From the IMG/VR virus record IMGVR_UViG_3300029393_000004: a stretch of DNA of 64,000 nt; one strand, 5' to 3'. The number at the start of each line of letters is the position of its first letter. The first letter of the stretch is position 1. A model generated the notes under the pieces. That model was not told where the DNA came from. It ran no database searches and was given only the letters and a program-made list of their open reading frames with translations. The stretch comes from a virus. Below, piece after piece: positions 48,879 through 57,344 of this stretch. Both the position numbers and the translations under genes were made by a program.

Positions 48879-49627
48879 TTTGTAATTCCCTTGTTGAGTT
48901 TGTTTCGATATAGACATAATACCGAGATTGTTACTGGCGGGTGAGTAGTGTTTCAATCGTAGCCAAGAGGTGAATTTTTGGAAAAGTCAATAAAATAATT
49001 ATATCCTTTAAAATCAATTAGTTAGCATAATAATCGTTAATTGACGTGATGTTCTTCGGGTAAATCCTAATGCTTTAATTCATTTATAAGTAGTTATTTA
49101 CTTAATATTTGCTTATAATGAGAAACAAATAAGAAAAAGATTGCTCTTTTAAAAATAGATCTCCTTAAAGTTAGCTGATAAAGCGAGAGTTGGTTTTATG
49201 GTGGTTTTATCACTCGAAATTATCTCAAATCTGTGGAACAGACCAACTCTCGCATCATTTTATAGGATGTAAGTGATTACTTATGTAAAACAAGGATTGT
49301 CGATCAACTTCGAGAGGTTAGACAATCTGCGACTTGGTACTTAATGGCTTAGAAGCGTGACCGAGAAGTAGTAGGAAATAAGAAGCTCTGACAACGGACG
49401 CTTGTTAGAGATTGAAGATTTCCTCAAGGTTTTCAGATTCATAACCTGAGTGAACGCGGTGCAATTCCGCCCTTCTATTCCCAAATCGCATATTTTTTGA
49501 TAGTTAGAACGGGGTTGAGCAGAACCTGATGAAGTTTCAGTTGTTGTTAAAAGAATGTACTTCAATGAGCTTCCACAAGTGAGAATTCCTTTGAGCTTGT
49601 GGGTTCTGCTTCAATCTTTTAAATGAT

Positions 49628-49703
49628 TCTCCGATAGCTCAGTTGGTAGAGCGACGGACTGTTAATCCGTGGGTCGTTGGTTCAAGTCCAACTCGGAGAG
49701 CCA
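49628..49703 (+). tRNA. tRNA-Asn (GTT)
   Basis: Cloverleaf found by eye: acceptor TCTCCGA/TCGGAGA, D arm GCTCAGTTGGTAGAGC, anticodon arm ACGGA-CTGTTAA-TCCGT, T arm GTTGGTTCAAGTCCAAC, CCA encoded. Confidence 0.8.
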
Positions 49704-49988
49704 CCAAATTCAGTTTGCTTGTTTGATCTACAAGCAACGAATGCCGTGCTCCAGGGTTTCTGTAGCGGTTCTATTCTTGGTGAACCTTAAACGAAGAAGG
49801 TTATCGCAACTATCCAAAAGCGTTTGCGGAGTTTAAGCCTTTTTACTCTGATTAAGGCTTTGGTGAGGTTAGCCAATTCAACACGGTCTAGCGCTGGGTC
49901 GTGGCGGAAAAATAACAAGGGGTCTGTTAAAGATCGACAGACTCCGCCTCAAAGTCATTTGGCAAACAGATGATTTTGAAGTTTTAAT

Positions 49989-50080
49989 CGCAGTGGTGGC
50001 ATGAGTTGGTCGATGGCGGCGGACTGTAAATCCGTTTCTCTGAGCGAGACGCGTTGGTTCGAATCCAACCCCTGCGACCA
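49989..50080 (+). tRNA. type II (long variable arm) tRNA, anticodon GTA (Tyr-like), with non-canonical pairs
   Basis: Anticodon arm GCGGA-CTGTAAA-TCCGT; variable arm TCTC-TGAGC-GAGA; T arm GTTGGTTCGAATCCAAC; CCA encoded. The acceptor stem has one T/C mismatch and the D stem one G/G mismatch. Total length 92 nt. Confidence 0.5.
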
Positions 50081-50088
50081 AGGTTGTT

Positions 50089-50163
50089 GCGGGTATGGTT
50101 CAACTGGTAGAACAACGGCCTTCCAAGCCGTTGACGAGAGTTCGAGTCTCTCTACCCGCTCCA
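50089..50163 (+). tRNA. tRNA-Gly (TCC)
   Basis: Acceptor GCGGGTA/TACCCGC; anticodon arm ACGGC-CTTCCAA-GCCGT; T arm GAGTTCGAGTCTC; CCA encoded. Confidence 0.8.
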
Positions 50164-50350
50164 CTAGGAGTTGACCTGCACTATCCGAGACATATAGGTC
50201 TCGCAAGGCTTGTGTCTCGGAGTCCGTGTAGGTTTTTGAGGTGGTGTGCAGGTGTGTAGCGAACATCTGTGTAAGGTCTGTCGGTTGGCCACTGACAGTC
50301 CTGTATGACCGGCAACAGGCGCCATTTTGTTGAAGGGAATACGAACGGTC

Positions 50351-50422
50351 GGAGGTAGCTCAGTCGGTAGAGCGGCCTTTAATAAGGGTGTGTCGTGGGT
50401 TCGAGCCCCACCCTCCGACAAT
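50351..50422 (+). tRNA. tRNA-like gene with an aberrant anticodon arm (possible pseudo-tRNA)
   Basis: Acceptor TCGGAGG/CCTCCGA, D arm GCTCAGTCGGTAGAGC and T arm GTGGGTTCGAGCCCCAC are all canonical. The anticodon region GGCCTTTAATAAGGGTGT cannot form a 5-bp stem with a 7-nt loop. Confidence 0.45.
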
Positions 50423-50442
50423 TTTTAATAGTCCGATTTTGA

Positions 50443-50757
50443 ATGAACAACATTAAACAAATTGAGGTCAAGACTGAGTTTGGTCAATGTTGTTTATTGA
50501 TTTACTTAGATGATCTTTCTAAAGGTTATCTAACAAACGTTGAAATCTTCAAAGAGCATCGTCGCCAAGGGCACGGTAACGAACTGTTAGAGACAGCGTT
50601 GAGAATCGCCAAGCAACAAAATTTGTCTTGTGTTGTTTTGCAGGTTGTCGCTGATTCGTTTGTTCGACGTTGGTACGAAAACAAAGGCTTTCGCAGACTA
50701 AACGTTTACCAACATTCGCCTCAAGAAGGTCACATTTGGATGACAAAGGAGATTTAG
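50443..50757 (+). CDS. GNAT family N-acetyltransferase (small)
   Basis: RRQGHGNELL motif A. 104 aa. Confidence 0.6.
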   Translation: MNNIKQIEVKTEFGQCCLLIYLDDLSKGYLTNVEIFKEHRRQGHGNELLETALRIAKQQNLSCVVLQVVADSFVRRWYENKGFRRLNVYQHSPQEGHIWMTKEI

Positions 50758-50760
50758 AGA

Positions 50761-51177
50761 GTGTGGCAAATTAAGAATCCCGAAATCGAGAAGAAAATTC
50801 TCGTTTTCTTTACTCAAGACGAAATTGATTCGTTCTGCAAAAAGCAAATTGACGATGAATTTTCTTACGTTCTCTTCGGAAAGAATGACTGTCTTGGCTT
50901 TAATCAAGTCAGTTTCGAAGTTGAAAAAGAAGAGCTTGAGGAAGTTGAAAAATACGACCCTAGAACTTGGAACGATTTCTCTAAAGTGAAACCGCCTCGG
51001 CCTGGTTATTACTGCGTTTCTAATTTCAAGATCAACGATTATCCCTCCGAAGTCTTTCAGATTTATTGGGATGGTGAGAAGTGGAATCCTTCTAACACCC
51101 TCGCTGTTCTTTCTTTCAGAGAATATCCGATTGACCCTACTCATTTGGACGGTTTTTGGGATACAAAAGGTCTCTAA
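50761..51177 (+). CDS. hypothetical protein, DUF551-like (paralog of 51680..52084)
   Basis: Shared N-terminus MWQIKN...FFT.(D/E)EID with a WN...PP..G core. Confidence 0.5.
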   Translation: MWQIKNPEIEKKILVFFTQDEIDSFCKKQIDDEFSYVLFGKNDCLGFNQVSFEVEKEELEEVEKYDPRTWNDFSKVKPPRPGYYCVSNFKINDYPSEVFQIYWDGEKWNPSNTLAVLSFREYPIDPTHLDGFWDTKGL

Positions 51178-51179
51178 TC

Positions 51180-51680
51180 GTGCCCAATCCATTCGTTAAT
51201 CTCATTGTTGCACGCAGTCGGAACGGCGTGATTGGCAAAGACGGCAAATTACCTTGGCGATTGCCTGAAGACCTGAAGTTTTTCAAAGCAAAAACACTCG
51301 GTCATCACGTCGTTATGGGGCGCCATACTTGGGAGTCCATCGGTCAAAAAGCTCTGCCTGAAAGAAGCAACATCGTTTTAACGAGCAATTCTGATTACAA
51401 AGCTAAGAACGCCTTTGTCAGCTCCTCCTTAGAAGATGTTTTAGAGTGCCTTAATTCTGATGAAACGGTGTTCATTATTGGCGGAGCTGAACTTTACAAA
51501 CGTGCTTTGCCCTATGTAAAGAGAGCTTGGATTACTGAGATTGATGCGGACTTTGAAGGTGATACGACATTTGACGCTTTAGATGAAAACGAATGGAAGC
51601 TCGTTTGGGTTGAAGAACATTCTAAGACTGAAGACCGACCGTTCGGTTTCAAATTTCAATGCTTCGAGAGAATTAAGTAA
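51180..51680 (+). CDS. folA: dihydrofolate reductase
   Basis: LIVARSRNGVIGKDGKLPWRLPEDLKFFKAKTLGHHVVMGRHTWESIG is closely similar to the FolA N-terminus. The start is uncertain (GTG at about 51180, or TTG at 51156). Confidence 0.85.
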   Translation: MPNPFVNLIVARSRNGVIGKDGKLPWRLPEDLKFFKAKTLGHHVVMGRHTWESIGQKALPERSNIVLTSNSDYKAKNAFVSSSLEDVLECLNSDETVFIIGGAELYKRALPYVKRAWITEIDADFEGDTTFDALDENEWKLVWVEEHSKTEDRPFGFKFQCFERIK

Positions 51681-52084
51681 TGTGGCAGATTAAGAACGAA
51701 GAGCTTAAAAAGACAGTCGGAGCTTTCTTCACCGATGAAGAGATTGATGAACAAGTTTGTCGTGTCTGGAAAACAGATTCCACTTACGTGCGTCTTCAAA
51801 AATACGTTCAACCTTCTTATCAAACCGTAATCTTTGAAATTCCATTAGAAGAATTCAAGCTAGTTTACAACCCTAACGGTTGGAATCCCTACCCTTCCGT
51901 CACACCTCCCAGCGAGGGAGACTGGCTTGTACAGGACAAGTACGGAGATTTAACAATCAGAGAGTTTCACGCCACTTACGGCCCCGAAGGTTGCGACAAA
52001 TGGTGGGAAAACACTCCTTCTTATTACCCTGAAGCAGTGGCTTTCAGAGCTTTACCTGAACGTTACAAGGAAAATAAAAAATGA
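51680..52084 (+). CDS. hypothetical protein, DUF551-like paralog
   Basis: 134 aa, paralogous to 50761..51177. Confidence 0.5.
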   Translation: MWQIKNEELKKTVGAFFTDEEIDEQVCRVWKTDSTYVRLQKYVQPSYQTVIFEIPLEEFKLVYNPNGWNPYPSVTPPSEGDWLVQDKYGDLTIREFHATYGPEGCDKWWENTPSYYPEAVAFRALPERYKENKK

Positions 52085-52560
52085 AACTCAGTTACTTTGA
52101 TTGTCAATTCTTAGCTCAGAAGTTAAATAATATTGCACGTAACCCTGACGTTGGTTCTCACGACAAACGTTATTGCGACACCCTGCTTCCTTACTTTGAA
52201 AGAATAGTTGAAAGCAGACCTGATGGTGTCCGTATGTCTAGTGACGTAGAGATTGCTTTCGAGGATAAGATCAACGAAAGAATCGCCGAACTGGTCAGCC
52301 AAGAAAATAAAGTCCAAGAGAAAATCGACCTGATGGAAAAAGTCAGAGCGAACGTTACCAAAGTCTTTTGGGATTACTTTTTCCTTACCATCAAAGTCGT
52401 TCTTATCTTCACGCTGTTAGGAGCATCCCTCTACACAGTCGCACACCTCGTACCTAAGGAGTGGGCTATCTGGGCACCTATTCCTATTGCCGCTGGATTA
52501 GCTTTTTGGGAATGGTGCGGAAGCATCTTTAAGCGCTGGTATCACGGTCACTGGAAATAA
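52081..52560 (+). CDS. hypothetical membrane protein
   Basis: C-terminal TM helices. 159 aa. Confidence 0.45.
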   Translation: MKLSYFDCQFLAQKLNNIARNPDVGSHDKRYCDTLLPYFERIVESRPDGVRMSSDVEIAFEDKINERIAELVSQENKVQEKIDLMEKVRANVTKVFWDYFFLTIKVVLIFTLLGASLYTVAHLVPKEWAIWAPIPIAAGLAFWEWCGSIFKRWYHGHWK

Positions 52561-52562
52561 GA

Positions 52563-52748
52563 ATGAAGAAAGTTGAACTAACGATTGAACAAGCTGAGTT
52601 TGTCCTAGATGTAGCAAGACGGTTTGAAAAGTTTATTCAAATAGTTTTGTTTATGAAACCTGAATGGAGAAAAGACTTATCAGTAATCAATGTAGCTCCA
52701 ATGATTGACTTTCTTGTTTACAAGATTCAAAAAGCAAAGGACGAATAG
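52563..52748 (+). CDS. hypothetical protein
   Basis: 61-aa ORF in an operon. Confidence 0.35.
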   Translation: MKKVELTIEQAEFVLDVARRFEKFIQIVLFMKPEWRKDLSVINVAPMIDFLVYKIQKAKDE

Positions 52749-52750
52749 CT

Positions 52751-52999
52751 ATGACAGTGAAAGTAATTCAATGCGATCACAAGAAACGTATAGACGGATA
52801 TTGGTTGGAACTCAAAAAACTTGCAGATCGATGGGAAAAAGACATTTCCGAGCTTAAGGAGATTAACGAAATCTCGGAAGACGAAGCTCTTTCAGAAGGC
52901 GATGTTCTTGAACATCTTTGGGATTACATGGAAGAAGTCAGCACTCTTGCTGACGATATATACGAAGACGAAGAAGATGATGACGAGGAGGAAGAATAA
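52751..52999 (+). CDS. hypothetical acidic protein
   Basis: 82 aa with a poly-D/E C-terminus. Confidence 0.4.
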   Translation: MTVKVIQCDHKKRIDGYWLELKKLADRWEKDISELKEINEISEDEALSEGDVLEHLWDYMEEVSTLADDIYEDEEDDDEEEE

Positions 53000-53388
53000 T
53001 GGAAATTTCACCTCTTCTTATTTACTTCGTTGGACAACTTGACGCGTTTAACGGCGTCTGTGGTCTCACCTTAGTTTTAGGAGGAATCGCTTTAGTAGTG
53101 ATGAACATTATTAAAGCAGTCTCCTACTGTGACTCTAGTACATATTACGAGCTTAAGACATATAACAAAGTCAAACTTGTAACCGACAAAACAAATAAAG
53201 TAATAGGCCCAATAGTGTTTGTCGCGTTCTTAGGAGTTGCTTTTCTTCCTAGTCGGAGCACTGTAGCAGCCATGATCGTCGTCCCCGCCATCTCTGCTAA
53301 CCAAAGTATTCAGAACATCTCCAAGGGCGCTCTTCAGTGGGCAGAACAATTCATCCAAGAACAACTTAATCCCAAGAAAGAAAAATGA
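52999..53388 (+). CDS. membrane protein (tandem paralog 1)
   Basis: 2 TM. Conserved TIAAMIVVPAI..N.NIQNISK..LQWAE block shared with 53385..53768. Confidence 0.5.
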   Translation: MEISPLLIYFVGQLDAFNGVCGLTLVLGGIALVVMNIIKAVSYCDSSTYYELKTYNKVKLVTDKTNKVIGPIVFVAFLGVAFLPSRSTVAAMIVVPAISANQSIQNISKGALQWAEQFIQEQLNPKKEK

Positions 53389-53768
53389 TCGAATTAACAC
53401 CGACCACAATTTACGCCATTGCCACAATAGATGAAGTAAAGAGAGTATTGGGAAGTTTATGTTTTCTCGGCTCTTTGATTGTTTTTGGATTACTGGTTGC
53501 CCGAATAGGAACTGCAATTATAGAGTCTGAAGAAACCAACGAAAAATTTTGTCGCTGGTTTAATCCGATGATGCCAAAAATTCTCGGCGCTTTTATCTGT
53601 GTTCTTCTTCTCAATACCTTTCTCCCTAATCAAAAGACAATAGCCGCCATGATCGTCGTTCCCGCTATTGTCAACAACGAGAACATTCAGAATATTTCCA
53701 AGAACACCCTTCAGTGGGCGGAAGAGTACATCAAAGATCAACTTCAAACCAAAAAGAAAAATGATTGA
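53385..53768 (+). CDS. membrane protein (tandem paralog 2)
   Basis: Paralogous to 52999..53388. Confidence 0.5.
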   Translation: MIELTPTTIYAIATIDEVKRVLGSLCFLGSLIVFGLLVARIGTAIIESEETNEKFCRWFNPMMPKILGAFICVLLLNTFLPNQKTIAAMIVVPAIVNNENIQNISKNTLQWAEEYIKDQLQTKKKND

Positions 53769-54117
53769 TAAATACAAAATTCATAACGAAATTTGCTCGA
53801 ACCTCCATCAGACTTACGTTGCCAAGAACACTGATTACGGGGATTCTTTCGCTAAAACCCGCTCGGAGTTTCCCGAAGCGATTTTGATTCGTTTATCTGA
53901 TAAGTTTGAGCGCATTAAGTCTCTTTATCGCAAGTCTGACCGTCAAGTCAAAGATGAAAGCATTGAAGACACTCTGCTTGATCTTGCAAACTATGCGATT
54001 ATGGAAGTCGTTGAACGTCGTGCAATGAAGCGTTCGGACTCCAATGACGAACCTCAGCACGTCTCTTTGCCGATTCAAGCAAAGTACACGGATAACGACG
54101 AATATCCTTACAGGTAA
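53761..54117 (+). CDS. DUF1599-like protein
   Basis: Start at MIDKYKI, overlapping the upstream stop. The KNTDYGDSF...EDTLLDLANYAIM pattern is typical of the DUF1599 family. Confidence 0.45.
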   Translation: MIDKYKIHNEICSNLHQTYVAKNTDYGDSFAKTRSEFPEAILIRLSDKFERIKSLYRKSDRQVKDESIEDTLLDLANYAIMEVVERRAMKRSDSNDEPQHVSLPIQAKYTDNDEYPYR

Positions 54118-54123
54118 TTAAAC

Positions 54124-54918
54124 ATGACTAAGTTTGATGTAGTCTCCGACCTGCATTTTGATCACTTCGTAGGAAGTGGTGAAGCGGGTACAGAATTCTT
54201 GGAAAGCGTATTTCTCAAGCCAACTGCCCCCAATCTTTTAGTAGCGGGAGATATTGGCAACTGGTACAGCGAACACGCCTTAATCTATACAGACTACTTC
54301 TTCAACTTAGTCAGACATAAATACCAAAACGTCATTTGTGTCTTAGGCAACCACGATTACTACTTTTCATCGTTTGATGAGAGTCCAACACCCGTTGGAC
54401 TCTATCGCCAACGTTACGCCGAATATAATAACGTTCGTTTTCTAAATTTGAATGACGCTCGGAGTACCATCAAAGTAGATGACGTCACTATTATTGGCGG
54501 AACACTCTGGTCTGAGCTTGACCCTGTGTATGAGCTTGAGATTATTCGACGTCTTAATGATTTCAGGTGCATTCACGGCTTAACAGCTAAAGACTACCGA
54601 GACAGATTCACAAAAGAATTGCTTGAGCTTGATAGACTGCTTGAAATACACAAAGATGAAAAATGTGTGGTCTTAACGCACCACGCACCGACCTTCTATA
54701 CAACGCCAATGTACAAAGACAGCTCGCTTCAAAGTGCTTTCTGCACTGACCTTACAAGAATGTTTCCTTCTCGGTCAAACATTAAAGCGTGGGTATTCGG
54801 TCATACCCATGTCAAAGCCGAGCTTGAGATTGGCGGAGTAAAGCTGGTTGAAAATTCGTTTGGATATTACGGTCAAGAGAGCTTAGATTACAAGCCGAAG
54901 TTATTGACAATAGAGTAA
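54124..54918 (+). CDS. calcineurin-like metallophosphoesterase
   Basis: Motifs SDLHFD, GDIGN, GNHDYY and GHTH. Confidence 0.75.
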   Translation: MTKFDVVSDLHFDHFVGSGEAGTEFLESVFLKPTAPNLLVAGDIGNWYSEHALIYTDYFFNLVRHKYQNVICVLGNHDYYFSSFDESPTPVGLYRQRYAEYNNVRFLNLNDARSTIKVDDVTIIGGTLWSELDPVYELEIIRRLNDFRCIHGLTAKDYRDRFTKELLELDRLLEIHKDEKCVVLTHHAPTFYTTPMYKDSSLQSAFCTDLTRMFPSRSNIKAWVFGHTHVKAELEIGGVKLVENSFGYYGQESLDYKPKLLTIE

Positions 54919-54924
54919 AAATTA

Positions 54925-54955
54925 GCCCCGCAAAAGCGGGGCTTTCGTTTCTTTA
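54925..54955. terminator. bidirectional rho-independent terminator between convergent operons
   Basis: AGCCCCGCAAAAGCGGGGCT hairpin flanked by T and A runs. Confidence 0.6.
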
Positions 54956-55657
54956 GATTCCCATCTTCTGATAGATCAGCGGGAGCAGGTTTGATTCAGG
55001 GTCAGGAGTTAAACGATGACCGACCTTAACAGCGATACCGAGCTTAGGGAGCATATTCATGACTTGAGCCGACTGAGCGTTTGCAGTTCCAGGACTGTAG
55101 GGTTTCTTCAGCAGTGCTTGATAGAGGTTCCCTTTTTTACCACCGTCAAGAAAACCGTCTTGCTTGAAAGTATCAAAAGCAATTTTGAGTACTGTGTTAA
55201 GACTGCAACCGCCCGTAAGGAATGTGTAAAGCTGAATAACCTTTTCGCAAACCTTTTTCTGAGAGAAGACCGTCTTGTCGTCTAAGAGCTTTTCAAGTTC
55301 CCGTACTTCTTTTACCTGTTCTTCTTCATCAATGTCTTTTGTGAGCGCCAGCACGTCTTTCGAGTTCTTGATGCGTTGTTCCAACATCTTCCCGTAACCG
55401 TCTTTGTAAGTAACGCGGGGTTCGGAGACTTTCTTTTCTTTCGGAGCTTTTGCAACTTTTTTCGCTTTAGCGGGTTTTGCGGTCTTTTCTTGCTTTTCGA
55501 CTTTTTCAACCTTGTCTAAAGCGATGAGCTTTTGTTCAACGAAGTCTTTTGTGACGACTTCAGGGATGCCGACAGGTTCGTCAATGACGATGACATCTTC
55601 AGTGTTCAATGTGCTCATAAGTTCATCTAAATCTTCAGCTATTTGTTTCTCGTTCAT
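54953..55657 (-). CDS. hypothetical protein
   Basis: 234 aa. Promoter/leader copy upstream. Convergent terminator at about 54925-54955. Confidence 0.45.
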   Translation of the reverse strand: MNEKQIAEDLDELMSTLNTEDVIVIDEPVGIPEVVTKDFVEQKLIALDKVEKVEKQEKTAKPAKAKKVAKAPKEKKVSEPRVTYKDGYGKMLEQRIKNSKDVLALTKDIDEEEQVKEVRELEKLLDDKTVFSQKKVCEKVIQLYTFLTGGCSLNTVLKIAFDTFKQDGFLDGGKKGNLYQALLKKPYSPGTANAQSAQVMNMLPKLGIAVKVGHRLTPDPESNLLPLIYQKMGI

Positions 55658-55781
55658 GTTGTACCTCTTTGATTACAAAAGAATTTCTATATGCTTATTG
55701 TAGAGGTGTGAATATTGGCGGGGAGACTCACCTTATCTTCATTCCAAGCATGAAAAAGCCCCGAAAGTTCGGGGCTGATTT

Positions 55782-56099
55782 TTAGATGAAAACCTCTGTT
55801 GTGAAGAATTCTGCCTGACCTGTTCGTGTTAGTTCCCGATTGATCTTATTGACCATCTCTATGGCGACTTCATCTTGATAACCGAAACGCCAAACAAGTT
55901 GTTCGATCATTATCAGACAGTCTGCAAGCTCGGTGACTAAATCTTTTCGCGTAATTGGATTGTGACCGTGACGACGCATTTTGATGATAGCCAAGGCGCA
56001 TTCAACGGCTTCTTCTTCCATCTGTCTGAGTTGTTCTTCTTCAGTATGAGCGTTGGCAATTTTCGCAATTGCTTCTTTGTGTTCTATTTCTGTTTTCAT
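55782..56099 (-). CDS. MazG-like nucleotide pyrophosphohydrolase (putative)
   Basis: About 100 aa, all-helical, with EEAVE...ELADCLIM, reminiscent of the MazG EExxE motif. Confidence 0.4.
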   Translation of the reverse strand: MKTEIEHKEAIAKIANAHTEEEQLRQMEEEAVECALAIIKMRRHGHNPITRKDLVTELADCLIMIEQLVWRFGYQDEVAIEMVNKINRELTRTGQAEFFTTEVFI

Positions 56100-56103
56100 T
56101 CTT

Positions 56104-56610
56104 CTAATAATTTCCTTCGCAGACCTGATAACAGGTCAATCCAAGTGACCGCCACATTTGAACAACCTGTGTGCGGTCTTCAAATACTCCAAGAATCTCA
56201 TATTTGTCCTTGAGTTCCTTTTCGTAGATTTCCTTCTTGACTTCCCAGTCGGGGCGAAAATCTCCATCTTTACGCATGAACAACATATCATCGTAAAAGT
56301 TTCCAAAACATCCCCAAACTTTCTTTTTTAGCCAATTCATGGTTAATTCTCGATAGGCTTCAGACCTTCCCGTGACAAACAAGATTCCTCTAGTCTGATA
56401 ACCGTGCAAAGCGTTTCTGAGCAGTCTTAGCGTGTTTTTGTTTGGTTGAATAACTTCGTCTTTATCCGAATTTTCGTAAAACCTTTTCCAGTCTTTTGGT
56501 TCTTGTTGGATAAAGTGCAGACGGTGAGAGCAATCGGCCAAAACGCCGTCAATGTCAAAGATGTAAGCACGTTGTAAGTGTGTCATTTTCATTCCAAGAT
56601 TTTTGAGCAC
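56104..56610 (-). CDS. HAD-superfamily phosphatase (nucleotidase/PNK-phosphatase-like)
   Basis: FDIDGVL motif I, VTGRSE motif II, GVFEDR motif IV. Confidence 0.6.
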   Translation of the reverse strand: MLKNLGMKMTHLQRAYIFDIDGVLADCSHRLHFIQQEPKDWKRFYENSDKDEVIQPNKNTLRLLRNALHGYQTRGILFVTGRSEAYRELTMNWLKKKVWGCFGNFYDDMLFMRKDGDFRPDWEVKKEIYEKELKDKYEILGVFEDRTQVVQMWRSLGLTCYQVCEGNY

Positions 56611-56650
56611 GAGAAAACGGCATAGGTTCTAAACCTATACCGTCAATGCG

Positions 56651-56878
56651 TTAGATGTTGTGAGTTACGATGTAGTCTCTTAACCCCCTCATAGCTCCCT
56701 GCTCATCGATGGTGTAGCGATTTGGCTCGGTGAACAGTTGAACATTAAGTTTGTTTTTGACCGTAATTGTCTTTTTTGTGACCGAAACTTTAAATTCTCT
56801 GCCCTCGTATTCGATTAGAGCGCTGAATTTTGGAGAACGACCGAAAATCGTTTCTCGATTGCTAATGATGAAGTTCAT
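56651..56878 (-). CDS. hypothetical protein
   Basis: 75-aa ORF. Confidence 0.35.
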   Translation of the reverse strand: MNFIISNRETIFGRSPKFSALIEYEGREFKVSVTKKTITVKNKLNVQLFTEPNRYTIDEQGAMRGLRDYIVTHNI

Positions 56879-56887
56879 AAATGTCTC

Positions 56888-57253
56888 CTACTGCTGTTTT
56901 TCGATCAAATAGTTTTCAATGATGTTGTAAGCAGAATTAAGCTTTTCAAGCGCATAGTTGATTGTTTCGTTGAATTCGTCTTCTGCGTTTTCTGCTATCT
57001 CTTTTCGGTCTTTAATGAGCCGAGCTTTTGCAACCTCTTTAACGTTGTCAGTGTGTCTCTTAGTCAGTGAACGAATCACGAGTTTGAGTTCGTCAAGTTC
57101 TGAAAGCGCTCCGCAAAAAGCCTCTTCTTGTTCTGTTAAAACTTCGCACCATTCAGCGAGATAACGTGTTAGCGGGTCATTAGACTCTTTACCGACCTCA
57201 ACCAACTTTTCAACACCGTAGACTTTGCATTCGACTATTGAAAGACCATTCAT
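56888..57253 (-). CDS. hypothetical protein
   Basis: 121-aa ORF. Confidence 0.4.
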   Translation of the reverse strand: MNGLSIVECKVYGVEKLVEVGKESNDPLTRYLAEWCEVLTEQEEAFCGALSELDELKLVIRSLTKRHTDNVKEVAKARLIKDRKEIAENAEDEFNETINYALEKLNSAYNIIENYLIEKQQ

Positions 57254-57344
57254 TTTGTTACCTTCTTAAGTAGTTACTTACTTAAGTATTATTGTATTCT
57301 ACTCTATGTAGGCGGGTTGCGCCCACATAGAATTAAGTAGTTAG

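Noticed and set aside
49878-50421. Minus-strand ORFs 49878..50081, 49955..50266 and 50164..50421
   Set aside because: They overlap the tRNA genes and the inter-tRNA spacers. No RBS. Spurious.
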